From IMG/VR virus record IMGVR_UViG_3300042287_000568: a stretch of DNA of 64,000 bases; one strand, given 5' to 3'. The DNA is from an uncultured virus (IMG/VR IMGVR_UViG_3300042287_000568) (Duplodnaviria; Heunggongvirae; Uroviricota; Caudoviricetes). The translations under genes and the position numbers were made by a program. How positions within the stretch are numbered: position 1 is the first letter of the stretch; each line of letters begins with the position of its first letter. Below are positions 45,713-55,743 of this stretch, piece by piece. The notes under the pieces are model-generated. The model ran no database searches. It saw only the letters and a list, made by a program, of their open reading frames with translations, and had not been told where the DNA came from.

Positions 45713-47758
45713 GTGTCTTCATTTTTCACATTCCGCCTATCAGAAGATTTTATTAGTTCTTACAGAACAAAAAAAGCACCATTTGGTTATGTTGATGCCG
45801 GCGGTAACTCTGTAGGAGAAATAACTTTTTTGCGTACTTATTCGCGCTTAAAAGAAGACGGAACAAAAGAAACATGGTCAGATGTTTGTGAACGCGTAAT
45901 CAACGGTATGTACTCCCTGCAGAAAGACCACTGCAAAACAAATCGTCTACCCTGGAACGATTCCAAAGCACAAGCATCTGCAAAAGAAGCGTTTGACCGT
46001 TTGTTTAACCTGAAGTGGACTCCACCTGGTCGTGGCTTGTGGGTTATGGGAACTCCGTTAGTCAATGTTCAGAAAAACTCTGCTGCGTTGCAGAACTGTG
46101 CATTTGTATCAACATCTGAAATGACAAAGAACAATCCTGCAAAGCCTTTTGCGTTTCTTATGGAAGCATCAATGCTTGGTGTCGGTGTTGGTTTTGACAA
46201 CAAGGGTGCAGAAAAAGAATTCACTATCTATGAGCCAACAAAGCCACCAGTTACAGAAGTCATTGAAGACAGCCGAGAAGGCTGGGTTTCTTCTGTCAGC
46301 ATGTTGATTAATTCTTACTTAAAGCAAGACCAGTCACCAATCATCTTTGATTATTCACTAATTCGCCCTGCAGGAACACCTATCAAAACATTTGGTGGTA
46401 CTGCTGCTGGTCACGCTTCGTTAGAACGACTGCATAAATACATTAGAAAGATGTTTGAAAACCGCAATGGTCAATTAATTACAAAGGTTGATATTGCAGA
46501 CATTGGAAACATGATTGGTGTTTGTGTTGTTTCTGGAAACGTTCGTCGCTCCGCAGAATTGCTGATTGGTAGTTTGGATGATGATGAATTTCTTAACTTG
46601 AAAAACTCATCAGTATTTCCTGAGCGCAACTCATACGACCCAGAATCACTTGGTTGGGGATGGATGTCAAACAACTCCGTTGAAACCTCTGTAGGCAAGG
46701 ACCTTTCTAAGATTGTTGACGGAATTGCGCTCAATGGAGAGCCAGGAGTTATCTGGCTTGACATGTCTCGTAAATACGGTCGTCTTGCAGACCCTGCAAA
46801 CAACAAAGACTGGCGTGTTGCTGGATATAACCCATGTGCAGAACAATCTCTTGAGTCATATGAGTGCTGTACTCTCGTGGAGACATACCTCAATCGCCAT
46901 GATTCTTTGGATGATTACAAGCGAACCTTGAAGTTTGCATATCTTTACGCAAAGACCGTAACGCTTCTTCCTACCCACTGGGAAGAGACAAACGCAATCA
47001 TGCAACGCAATCGTCGCATCGGTACTTCAATGTCCGGTGTTGCTAACTTCGCTGACCGCGTGGGAATGCCAGTTCTTCGTGAGTGGATGGACACTGGGTA
47101 CAACACGGTAAAGAATTATGATGTTTCTTACTCGGAGTGGCTCGGAATTCGTGAGTCAATCAAGATGACAACAGTAAAACCATCTGGAACAGTTTCTATC
47201 CTTGCCGGCGAATCTCCTGGTGTTCATTGGACTCCAGGCGGTGAGTATTTTGATAGAGCGATTAGATTCTCTAATGAAGACCCAATGCTTCCATTGTTCA
47301 GAATGGCCAACTATAGAGTTGAGCCTGCCTCGGAATCTCCAGATACAACATCCGTAGTGTTCTTCCCAATCAAGTCAGACGCACGTCGCTCCGAAAAGGA
47401 CGTAACAATCTTTGAAAAGATGTCACTAGCAGCAGTTGCACAACGCTACTGGTCGGACAACTCGGTGTCAGTTACGATTTCCTTTGACGCAGAGAAAGAA
47501 AAAGAACACATCGGCACCGTACTCCACATGTATGACGGTCAACTTAAAACTGTGTCGTTCTTGCCCCAAGGAAACTTCACCTATCCGCAAATGCCGTACA
47601 CACAGATAGAGCAGAGCGTATATGAAGAGGCAGGTAAATCATTATTTCCTATTGACTTCACGGGCGTATATGCAGGAATGGCTGCCGATGCAATCGGGGA
47701 GTCTTACTGCACAACGGATTCATGCGAAATAAAATTTATTAAGGACAATCAGGGGTAA
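45713..47758 (+). CDS. nrdJ: Class II (adenosylcobalamin-dependent) ribonucleotide reductase
   Basis: RTYSR, PPGRGLW, GNVRRSAE, NPCAE, KPSGT, C-terminal CTTDSC. Confidence 0.93.
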   Translation: MSSFFTFRLSEDFISSYRTKKAPFGYVDAGGNSVGEITFLRTYSRLKEDGTKETWSDVCERVINGMYSLQKDHCKTNRLPWNDSKAQASAKEAFDRLFNLKWTPPGRGLWVMGTPLVNVQKNSAALQNCAFVSTSEMTKNNPAKPFAFLMEASMLGVGVGFDNKGAEKEFTIYEPTKPPVTEVIEDSREGWVSSVSMLINSYLKQDQSPIIFDYSLIRPAGTPIKTFGGTAAGHASLERLHKYIRKMFENRNGQLITKVDIADIGNMIGVCVVSGNVRRSAELLIGSLDDDEFLNLKNSSVFPERNSYDPESLGWGWMSNNSVETSVGKDLSKIVDGIALNGEPGVIWLDMSRKYGRLADPANNKDWRVAGYNPCAEQSLESYECCTLVETYLNRHDSLDDYKRTLKFAYLYAKTVTLLPTHWEETNAIMQRNRRIGTSMSGVANFADRVGMPVLREWMDTGYNTVKNYDVSYSEWLGIRESIKMTTVKPSGTVSILAGESPGVHWTPGGEYFDRAIRFSNEDPMLPLFRMANYRVEPASESPDTTSVVFFPIKSDARRSEKDVTIFEKMSLAAVAQRYWSDNSVSVTISFDAEKEKEHIGTVLHMYDGQLKTVSFLPQGNFTYPQMPYTQIEQSVYEEAGKSLFPIDFTGVYAGMAADAIGESYCTTDSCEIKFIKDNQG

Positions 47759-47840
47759 TTCCGCACACGGGGTCACCCATGATGTATTATTTACATTAAG
47801 CGCCGAAAGGCAAAAAAACAGTTCGGCATAGGAGAACAAA

Positions 47841-48233
47841 ATGACAGCAATTATCGCACCACAGACAATCACTCTGACAATCCCAGGAACGCTTGCAACA
47901 ACCAGCGTCGTAACCATGAGAATGCCTTACAAGGGCGTAATCACTGGTGCTACATTGGCAGTTACTGGCGCACCAGCAGGTTCAGCACTTACCGCAGGAC
48001 TTCTTGTTGGAGCAAACACTGCAGCAACCTTCTCGGTAGCAGCCTCTGGAACTTCAGCAGATGGAACACTCTCGGCAACTGCATCAAACCTCGCTTTTGC
48101 AAAGGGCGCACTTGTTCACCTTGATATCTTGACCGTTGGTTCTGGTACAGCAGGAACTGGTGCAACAGCAACTTTCACTGTTTCTGAAGTATCAGACGCA
48201 ACACACATTCAAGCCGACGGCGTAAACGACTAA
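47841..48233 (+). CDS. Ala/Thr/Gly-rich beta protein, possibly a virion decoration protein
   Basis: Strong AGGAG RBS, own terminator, composition. Confidence 0.5.
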   Translation: MTAIIAPQTITLTIPGTLATTSVVTMRMPYKGVITGATLAVTGAPAGSALTAGLLVGANTAATFSVAASGTSADGTLSATASNLAFAKGALVHLDILTVGSGTAGTGATATFTVSEVSDATHIQADGVND

Positions 48234-48256
48234 TCATTACCTCCTAAGTAGTAAGA

Positions 48257-48290
48257 AACCCCGCTCCTTAATTGGGGTGGGGTTTTTTAT
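48257..48290. terminator. Intrinsic terminator between convergent genes
   Basis: AAACCCCGCTCC/GGGGTGGGGTTT hairpin with T run. Confidence 0.7.
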
Positions 48291-48691
48291 TTCTTAAACT
48301 CAGTCCAAGTTTTGTCGCCTACGCCAAAATATTCACGAGCGTAGCCAGACTGGATAATGTCTTTGTTGAGACAAGCGGTGGTCGGGTCATCAATATCGTC
48401 CGAAGAAAAAATACGAGCCAAAATACGCCCGTATTTGTCGTTCTTATCGGGAATCGTATTAACAAATACCCACTTATGATTGGTTAGCCAATCCTGCGTA
48501 TAAGCCTTTGCTTTAAGACCCATTGCTTTTTCGGCAAGGTCTTTGGTGCGTGATTCTGGAGTGTTTACTCCGTAAAGACGAACACGAATTTTGTGATGGA
48601 TATTAAACCCAAGGTCAATCATGAGTTCAATTGTGTCACCATCAATAACTTTTAACAGGGTTGCTCCGTACCAGAATCTTTCGTTTGTCAT
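48287..48691 (-). CDS. Thermonuclease (SNase-like)
   Basis: VIDGDTI, VRLYGVNTPE, DKYGRILA. Confidence 0.9.
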   Translation of the reverse strand: MTNERFWYGATLLKVIDGDTIELMIDLGFNIHHKIRVRLYGVNTPESRTKDLAEKAMGLKAKAYTQDWLTNHKWVFVNTIPDKNDKYGRILARIFSSDDIDDPTTACLNKDIIQSGYAREYFGVGDKTWTEFKK

Positions 48692-49143
48692 TAGTCTGGT
48701 TTCCGACTGTCGTTGTCCGTTACGGTTGGCCCACCCACGACCCATGCGTCGCAGGTGCGTTCGGCGTGGCACTTGAAGTCAAATGCTTCGCAGTAGCCAA
48801 TCTTTCCTGCTTCAATTACGTCCCACGCTGCGCCAGACTCGTTCCCGAGTCCTGTTTCAATGCAGTCAAGAATTCTTGGCGAACGTACGAAAAGAATGCA
48901 GTTTCCACATTTCTGCTTCTTTGCCGAAGGGATAGATACGTCCCATCTATCTGCTTTATCCTGCCAAAACTTATCGTTTGGCTGCTTGGGGTTGAGGGGT
49001 CCATACGCTGCGGACTGAATAGCCTTCTGACGGTTCTTTATGTTTATAGCAATGTCTTGTGTCGCTGGAGGGCATTTCTTATCCGCCTTTGTTTCAAACC
49101 TGAAACCCTTTATTTCGCCCTTGTATTCTCCCCATGTGGTCAT
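48691..49143 (-). CDS. Cys-rich conserved phage protein
   Basis: CPPATQD...CGNC...GYC...FKC...RTCDAW. Confidence 0.65.
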   Translation of the reverse strand: MTTWGEYKGEIKGFRFETKADKKCPPATQDIAINIKNRQKAIQSAAYGPLNPKQPNDKFWQDKADRWDVSIPSAKKQKCGNCILFVRSPRILDCIETGLGNESGAAWDVIEAGKIGYCEAFDFKCHAERTCDAWVVGGPTVTDNDSRKPD

Positions 49144-49146
49144 TAT

Positions 49147-50151
49147 TTACCTTCTTCTTTTGCGCCGTCTGTTTGTTATTGACCTTCTCAGGAAAGCACC
49201 AGCAACATCAAATATCCACTTTTCTTCCGTTGGTATATTCCAACTACTTTGGTCATCGTCTGGAAATAATTCTTCAAACTTTTTGTCGTCTAAAGAATCA
49301 ATATAACTCTTGAATTTTCCTTCATTAGAAGAATCAGTAAATACTTTTGTTTCAATGTTTTCAAAAGAATCTTTTTTCTTGGCTCTCTCGTACCTATCAA
49401 GCATTCTGCGGCCCTTAGCAGCCAGCGCAGCAGCGTCTGAGGCGTCCTGAGGGACAGGTTCCCCCCACGCTGCAGCCGACAAAGCAAGACGCGTAGGGCG
49501 TCCCCTGTCGTCCTTCATTGGCCCAGACGGGTTGGTGAAGAATCTGGTGAGGAACGACCCTTTTCTGCGCATCTTCTCTGGGGTGTTGGCAGCGCCTTTT
49601 ACTCCAGGTTTCAGGTCTGCCCCCTCCGTGCGTTTAAAGAACTTTCGTCCTGCGGCGGTAAGGCCGCCTTTGGGGTCTTTGAGTTGAGCGCTCTTGGTCT
49701 TAATGGGGACACAGTTGGGAACCATTTTCCCCTTTTTCCCCATCTTCATTCCGACTTGCTCGTAGCCCTTCCAGCAGGGAAGACCTTTTTCAAGAATCCA
49801 TTCTGTTCTTGTGTGGAATTTTGAAACTTCTTCGTTGATTTTTCTTTTCTGCCACGCTTCGCCATTTGAAGATACGGCAAGCCACTTAACTTGAGCCACG
49901 TAACCTGCTGGCTGACTGTCGTAAACATGCCTGTTAATCCATGATTCTCTCAGTTCAAGAACTTCCACTTGTTCCGGTGTTGTCGCCACTCCACCACTTT
50001 CAAATATCTCTAACAAGACTTCATGTATGTAGTCTGACTTGGAGCCACCAGACATAGCCCAAATCTCTGGGTACTGTTCTTTGAGTTCAATAGAGTACGA
50101 AACATCAAAAACAGACCATTTGCTTTCGTCAAAAGAAAAAATTGAATCCAT
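49147..50151 (-). CDS. Multidomain phage protein (PCWKGY module plus DUF6321-like domain)
   Basis: PCWKGYEQVGMK...VPNCVP; KDPKGGLTAAGR...RKGSFLTRF. Confidence 0.6.
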   Translation of the reverse strand: MDSIFSFDESKWSVFDVSYSIELKEQYPEIWAMSGGSKSDYIHEVLLEIFESGGVATTPEQVEVLELRESWINRHVYDSQPAGYVAQVKWLAVSSNGEAWQKRKINEEVSKFHTRTEWILEKGLPCWKGYEQVGMKMGKKGKMVPNCVPIKTKSAQLKDPKGGLTAAGRKFFKRTEGADLKPGVKGAANTPEKMRRKGSFLTRFFTNPSGPMKDDRGRPTRLALSAAAWGEPVPQDASDAAALAAKGRRMLDRYERAKKKDSFENIETKVFTDSSNEGKFKSYIDSLDDKKFEELFPDDDQSSWNIPTEEKWIFDVAGAFLRRSITNRRRKRRR

Positions 50152-50417
50152 TAGTTTTTCTCGTCTTTTTCTTGAGTATCAATATCTTTACCGAACATTC
50201 TTGCTATTCTGGCTTTCAACGCTTTGCCTTCTTTTGTGTTCTCGTCAAGCGCTGGATTGTCCCACCCATATACCGCTTTCCACGCATCCTTTGCAGGATT
50301 GTCTGACTCAATAGTGTCTTTGAGTGTTAAGAAGTCATCAATCTGCTGATGAATTTTATTCATTGAAGCCCTCAGTTTTGCGGCTTCTTCTGGGTCTGTT
50401 CCTGGCTTGAGTATCAC
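50151..50417 (-). CDS. Hypothetical protein
   Basis: Coupled 88-aa ORF. Confidence 0.55.
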   Translation of the reverse strand: MILKPGTDPEEAAKLRASMNKIHQQIDDFLTLKDTIESDNPAKDAWKAVYGWDNPALDENTKEGKALKARIARMFGKDIDTQEKDEKN

Positions 50418-50611
50418 TGTTCGCCGGCTTCTCTTATTTCTCGTTCTCTCTTGAGAATTGTGAAGGGATTATTTGGGTCTTTTGTAAAAGGATGCGGCGC
50501 TGCTTCCATTGACTTAATTATTTCTTCAGGTGACATTCCGGGAGAGTTTCTTTTCTTCCATCTTTCCCATGTTCCCTTATCTTTGAATGCGTCCGGACTA
50601 GGTATCGTCAT
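50414..50611 (-). CDS. Hypothetical protein
   Basis: GAGG RBS, 65 aa. Confidence 0.55.
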   Translation of the reverse strand: MTIPSPDAFKDKGTWERWKKRNSPGMSPEEIIKSMEAAPHPFTKDPNNPFTILKREREIREAGEQ

Positions 50612-50762
50612 AATTATCCTCTGGTTTGTTTGTTTTCTTTTTTGCAGGCAACTTTACATTGTTGTCTACTGCCCAATCTTCAAAATCGTCGGGCGCGCCT
50701 CTTAGTTTACTGACGTATTGGATGTATTTGTCCAGTGGCTCGTCTTCGTCTCTTCTAGGCAC
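50598..50762 (-). CDS. 54-aa hypothetical protein (not in ORF track)
   Basis: MPRRDEDEPLDKYIQYV... Confidence 0.45.
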   Translation of the reverse strand: MPRRDEDEPLDKYIQYVSKLRGAPDDFEDWAVDNNVKLPAKKKTNKPEDNYDDT

Positions 50763-50915
50763 AACAATCAACTTTATATGTCATGAACAAATTGTAGTTC
50801 ATAAACGCAAAACGCCCAGATAACCCTATTAAACAAGAAATCCCCCGCCTTCAAAACAAGGACGAGAGATTTCCTGGATTAGCCCTAAGGTGGCATGTCT
50901 TAATTGTCCCACAGT

Positions 50916-51464
50916 TCAGATGGCGTCTATGATTAGGTGCACTCGGTCTTCGTCTCCACTATTCTTGACACCATGGTGTCTTCCTACGTTGTCTACAATC
51001 CATATTTGGCCAGGCTTTAGGTTCTTTGATTCATCACCAATGGTAAATATGCAATTTTCATTGGTTATAACTGGAACGTGTATTCTGTGAGTCTGGCTAT
51101 GGATTTTTGCGGTTAATGGATTTCCGACATCTTTATGTTTGGGAATAGTTGTTTTTGCCCTAAGTCTTGCCAGTATTGATTGTTGAATTTTTACTTCTCC
51201 AATTGTTTCCATCGTGGCAAGAACGACTTCATCTAGATACTTACTAAATTGTCTGTAATGTTCGTGCACTACGTCCGAGTTGAGTTTTTGCATCACGTCA
51301 TAGACCAATGGGATGGTGTCAGTATTACCCCCTGCTGCACCGCCAATTTTTTTACGTTGCACGTATTTCAACCAGTCTTCTGGGGTTAGGGACGAGACAT
51401 CACCGAGAAGTTCATTGAAAGATGGCATGTCTCCAATAAATTTAAACGCATCGTTTTCCTTCAT
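50916..51464 (-). CDS. Asp/Asn beta-hydroxylase-like 2OG-Fe(II) oxygenase
   Basis: IPKHKD, RIHVPVITN, HGVKNSG.EDRVHLIID. Confidence 0.85.
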   Translation of the reverse strand: MKENDAFKFIGDMPSFNELLGDVSSLTPEDWLKYVQRKKIGGAAGGNTDTIPLVYDVMQKLNSDVVHEHYRQFSKYLDEVVLATMETIGEVKIQQSILARLRAKTTIPKHKDVGNPLTAKIHSQTHRIHVPVITNENCIFTIGDESKNLKPGQIWIVDNVGRHHGVKNSGDEDRVHLIIDAI

Positions 51465-51485
51465 AATGAATTATCCCATATATAG

Positions 51486-51524
51486 CAAAAACCCCGCCCA
51501 TCCCCAAAGGAACGAGCGGGGTTC
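51486..51524 (-). terminator. Intrinsic terminator after the capsid gene
   Basis: AACCCCGC/GCGGGGTT stem with T run on the minus strand. Confidence 0.7.
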
Positions 51525-51534
51525 CGCTTAGTAG

Positions 51535-52896
51535 TTATTCGGCTGTTGGAGCGTTGTCAAATGTAACTTTGACGAATGACTCTGGGCGCTTAACCGCAAG
51601 GGCGAGGCGCTGTTCTGCGAGTACAACGATTGCGTTGCGAACGAAGAAGTCCGAGTGCTGCTCTGAGATGCGGATTGAAGCCTGCTCACGGTCGTACAAC
51701 TGTGCGCCCGTACCGAATGCGCCGACAAGTGCGGTGCCTTCTGGAATTGCAGGGGTCTCAACGACTGGCAAACGCCATACCTTTGGCTCGCCGCCCATTG
51801 CAACCGAAACTGCAACGAGATACTGGCCATTGCCATCCTTGGTCAACTCAATGTCTTCCCAATCGTTCGGGTGAAGAACGACACCAGATGGCTCGTAGTA
51901 AGCGAGGAACGACAGTGTAGCGGCGCGACGGATTGCGTCTGCCTTTGTGTCTGACATTCCTGCGGTTGCTGAGTACAAACCGCTTGACCATGAGTAGTTC
52001 TGGATACCTGAAGTCTGAAGAACACCAGTAAGGTTTTCGCCAGTTCCATCACCGTTGAGGATTTGAGCATCTTCTTGAAGACGGAGACCGTACATCAATT
52101 CGTTGTCAATGATTGAACGCAACTGTGGCTCGTCCGCAAGGACGTTACGGTGTGCTGCTTCCCAGTGAGCAATGGTGCGTACTGGGGCCTGGTGGCCTTC
52201 AAATACCATTGAGGACTGTGGCTTAGCGGCAAACGCGGTGTTTCCTGCGTTACGCTCAGCAACAACTCCTGCATTGTTGGTTCCGCCGCCTGTTGCGGTG
52301 AAACCAAGCATGCGGAAGTATTCAATAACTGCTGCTGAAGTGGTGCGGCTTGGGAACAAGTCACGAACACGCTTTACACGCTGTGGTGACATGACCATTG
52401 GGTCGCGCTGGATTGAACCGAAGTCAGCAGATGCACCACGGGCTAGTGTGCCTGATGGAAGTGCTGAGTAAACGTCCTTAACGCCGTATGCGCCGTGAGT
52501 TGTGAGTGATGCTCCGAGTTGGAATGGGGAAGGCATGTTTGCGCCATTCTTACCACCCAAAAGGGTCTTGAACTCTGGTGAGTTGAGGAACAAGTCACCG
52601 ATTGAGTATGAAGCGCCGAGGCCCTTCAATGAATAGCCTGCTGCTGCAGCAACTGCAACTGATTCTGCTGGTGCTTGTGAGCCCCATGATTCAACTGTGT
52701 TCATTGCCTCAAGGCCCTCAATGAGTCCCTTGATTTCCTTGATGTCGGTCATGTTTTTGTCAAATGCGCTCTTTTGCTGAGCGTTGACAACAACGGTTCC
52801 TTCTTCAATACGGAATGAGTCTGCAATCGCCTTGTTGTCTGCCATCTTGGCACGAAGGGTTGATTGCAATTCTGTAAGTCTTGCTTGGTCTGACAT
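51535..52896 (-). CDS. Major capsid protein (HK97 fold)
   Basis: N-terminal coiled-coil delta domain, TIAHW, EDAQILNGDG.GENLTG, F.RN...VLAEQRLALAV.RPESF; AGGAG RBS. Confidence 0.93.
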   Translation of the reverse strand: MSDQARLTELQSTLRAKMADNKAIADSFRIEEGTVVVNAQQKSAFDKNMTDIKEIKGLIEGLEAMNTVESWGSQAPAESVAVAAAAGYSLKGLGASYSIGDLFLNSPEFKTLLGGKNGANMPSPFQLGASLTTHGAYGVKDVYSALPSGTLARGASADFGSIQRDPMVMSPQRVKRVRDLFPSRTTSAAVIEYFRMLGFTATGGGTNNAGVVAERNAGNTAFAAKPQSSMVFEGHQAPVRTIAHWEAAHRNVLADEPQLRSIIDNELMYGLRLQEDAQILNGDGTGENLTGVLQTSGIQNYSWSSGLYSATAGMSDTKADAIRRAATLSFLAYYEPSGVVLHPNDWEDIELTKDGNGQYLVAVSVAMGGEPKVWRLPVVETPAIPEGTALVGAFGTGAQLYDREQASIRISEQHSDFFVRNAIVVLAEQRLALAVKRPESFVKVTFDNAPTAE

Positions 52897-53035
52897 TGTA
52901 TTTTCTCCTGGTTGGAATTATTTTTGTTTATTGATTGGACGGCCCAGGTAAGCACCAAGCCCTATTAAAAAATAATAACCTTATTTCAAGGGCTGTAGTG
53001 GAGGTATCACATGTTTGTTGTAATTGTTGAAACTT

Positions 53036-55411
53036 TCATTCCGGAAGCGCGTCTAGTAGTTCTTGTATTTCTTCTTTTGACATTTTCTCAATATCTTCTT
53101 TCGTGAACCCTTCACTTATCAACATTGAAATTTCTTTTTCCAAAAAACCAGCCTTTTTAGCAATTTGCTTTACTGTTTCATCAAACTCAACACCAACGTT
53201 AGTAAGCAACATATCGCCAAACCTTGATTCGCCGTTTGGACCAACAATAGGGGCTTTAGCAAAAAGTTCTGCTAAAACTTCTAGGTCGTTTGACATGAGT
53301 TGCATTTTAAATTTTTTACGATAGTTTTTGTCAACAATTTTTCTTTTATCAATACTCACCCCGAGCAACTTTTGTACGTCTTCAACAATTGGAATCCCTG
53401 GCAGGGTAAGTCGTGACGCGTGTGTGTTCGTTCTTCCAAATTTGTTTGGCATATATGGTAGAACTCGTTCTATAAAGAATTTTTCTGCATCACTTCCTGC
53501 AGGAAGACGAACTTCTATATTTTTGTCAATGATTACTTCAAAACCAGACTCTCTTAAAGCAACTGCGGCTTCTTTGCCTGTGTAACTTGAGGACTCAAAA
53601 CCTTTTCTTGACACGTCTCTGTCTTCTGACGTTTCCACCCACGTGTCTGCCCATTTTTTACTTCCAGCAAATTCTTCAAATTTTGACTGGTCAAATATCT
53701 CAAAATCTTTTCCTTTGGATTTTTTTGCAATTAGTTTTGGTGGTGAACCTGCTGGAACATCGTTGTCCCATAAATAGAACTCGTCTAGTAAGTCTTCTTC
53801 AAAGCCTGTTGAAATAACCTTAGGAATGCTTTGTGCCATGTGGGCGGTGTTGTCAGGTATATACCTGTTGGTCTCATCCACTCTCTTCTTAATGCGTCTA
53901 GATGCTTCTCGTTGCGGAACATGAACCCAGTGGCCCACTACTTTTTCACCACGCTCAGACGCTTCACGCATGTGTTGGATTTGTCTTGATGCCCCAGAAC
54001 CCGTAATTACCATGTCCAGTTCGTCCAAAACGGCATCCCTGATTGTCTTGTCGGTTGATGCTTGAGACTCTCTGTGAACACGACCAGCGCCTTGTCCATC
54101 GTCATATCCAACAAGACCTTTCTTAATAAAGTCTGGGTCAATAAGGGCAGCCTCTTCGTGTGAAGGAACCAATCCTTTTGGTATTAAGTGTTCGTCAAGT
54201 ACGGTGGTTTTTCCGGAACCAGTATTGCCTCCAATTAGATAGGTTGTTCTCTCTTGCTTACGTCTGTGTTCGGGCTTTACCATTCCTCTAATCAATTTGC
54301 TCATCAATCTTCCACCAAGATTTCTAAACGGATTGGTCGGACTGGCTTCTGGGTTTCTTAGTTCTGTTATGGCCAATGGCTTTGGTGCCATTCTTCCGCC
54401 CATTTGTTTTGGACCCTTGGGGTCAATAATGAAACCGGGCCCACTAGATGCCAAGCCACGTCTTGAACCAGGAACACCATCGTATGCTTCAATCGGTTCG
54501 CCTCGGAAGGAATCCATATCTGAAGAAGTCATGGCACTCATCCACTTGCGTACTGCCGAAACTTCGGAGGGAGAAACTTCCCTATCTACAGTCTTGGGGA
54601 TGCGAGCATTCGGAGTGTTGGGTCTTTCAAACGCTGTTCCGTCCTGGATAATTCCATCTTCGTCTCCGTCAAAAGCATCAGGGTCAAATCTAGACATTGC
54701 CGCACGGGCTATGCCTCGTATTCTTGGGCCAAGAGCCTTGCCGTATATATCTTCTTGAATCGTTGTTTTTTTCTTTTTAAGATTTTCTTTTATAACGGTT
54801 CTGACTATTTTTTCATTTCTTTTCTGAAGATTATTTCTTCCAAGAGCAGTCATTCCTGTCAAATTGTTGTAGTCGGTAATGTTGGTACATGGCATCCATA
54901 CGGTTTTGCCGCCTTTTGACATTCTTCTACTTATACCGATGCATCCAAGTTGTTGTGCTCTTTTTCTTGCTGATTCAATGTCCACAAATACGTCAGGGTC
55001 ATTGTCTCTGGGCATGAATGCTGGCTGAATGCTCTTCGTAGACATGCTTGAAGGATTTGAAGCACCATAAGTTATTGGGGGGTTAGTGCCACCATTAACC
55101 ATATTCATTGAATTTCTTGGAGAAACAAGACCACCGTTGTCAAGTGATTCAATTCCTAGAATTCTTCTCTCGCGAAGTTTTTCCCAACGCTTCTTGCGTT
55201 TTTTGCCTTTTGACTTTCTTATTGAAGACCAGTTCTCCATCTCGTCAAGAGAAATTCTTGACTTGACATCAAATCCGTTCATAATTGTCAAAAACTGTTT
55301 AGTTGATGAGCATGGAAGCCAATCGCCATTTGAAATTTGATGCGCGCCGAAGCAGCCCATGTCCGCTGCTTGCCTAACGGCAGCAATTTTACCAACAAGC
55401 GAATCTTCCAT
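53036..55411 (-). CDS. Multidomain protein: two DUF3721-like repeats, shared DGDxDG motif, zeta-toxin-like P-loop kinase
   Basis: GC.G...W(L/M)PC twice; GGNTGSGKT, IDPDFIK, LWDN. Confidence 0.7.
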   Translation of the reverse strand: MEDSLVGKIAAVRQAADMGCFGAHQISNGDWLPCSSTKQFLTIMNGFDVKSRISLDEMENWSSIRKSKGKKRKKRWEKLRERRILGIESLDNGGLVSPRNSMNMVNGGTNPPITYGASNPSSMSTKSIQPAFMPRDNDPDVFVDIESARKRAQQLGCIGISRRMSKGGKTVWMPCTNITDYNNLTGMTALGRNNLQKRNEKIVRTVIKENLKKKKTTIQEDIYGKALGPRIRGIARAAMSRFDPDAFDGDEDGIIQDGTAFERPNTPNARIPKTVDREVSPSEVSAVRKWMSAMTSSDMDSFRGEPIEAYDGVPGSRRGLASSGPGFIIDPKGPKQMGGRMAPKPLAITELRNPEASPTNPFRNLGGRLMSKLIRGMVKPEHRRKQERTTYLIGGNTGSGKTTVLDEHLIPKGLVPSHEEAALIDPDFIKKGLVGYDDGQGAGRVHRESQASTDKTIRDAVLDELDMVITGSGASRQIQHMREASERGEKVVGHWVHVPQREASRRIKKRVDETNRYIPDNTAHMAQSIPKVISTGFEEDLLDEFYLWDNDVPAGSPPKLIAKKSKGKDFEIFDQSKFEEFAGSKKWADTWVETSEDRDVSRKGFESSSYTGKEAAVALRESGFEVIIDKNIEVRLPAGSDAEKFFIERVLPYMPNKFGRTNTHASRLTLPGIPIVEDVQKLLGVSIDKRKIVDKNYRKKFKMQLMSNDLEVLAELFAKAPIVGPNGESRFGDMLLTNVGVEFDETVKQIAKKAGFLEKEISMLISEGFTKEDIEKMSKEEIQELLDALPE

Positions 55412-55413
55412 AA

Positions 55414-55743
55414 TTAAATAAACAGAGGAACGTCTTTGTCGTCTTCGGTTAGGTTGTTTAATTTCATTGCTGCTTTTCTTGCCTCAAGAATATTGTCACC
55501 GTATCGTTTTTGGTAAAGACGTGCTTCCTCAATATCGTCATCCCATTTTACTTCCATTGTTGAAAATGCGCGAGCCCATGCATCTTCGTTACCGGAATCA
55601 ACTTCAGAAAAAATCCTGTCTTCTTCTTTTAAAAAGTCATTCCCAAATTCGCGAGCCTTTTTCAAACTAATTGTAAAGGGAGGGTATTTTGTTAGTTTTG
55701 AATACTCCAAGTGTTTTTCATGAAACGTATCTTTGTCACTCAT
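55414..55743 (-). CDS. Small acidic protein (possible partner or immunity protein)
   Basis: Coupled directly downstream of the 1095-aa gene. Confidence 0.55.
   Translation of the reverse strand: MSDKDTFHEKHLEYSKLTKYPPFTISLKKAREFGNDFLKEEDRIFSEVDSGNEDAWARAFSTMEVKWDDDIEEARLYQKRYGDNILEARKAAMKLNNLTEDDKDVPLFI

Noticed and set aside
45713..47758. Intein or intron in nrdJ or the helicases
   Set aside because: The ORFs are continuous and of normal length, with no splicing motifs seen.
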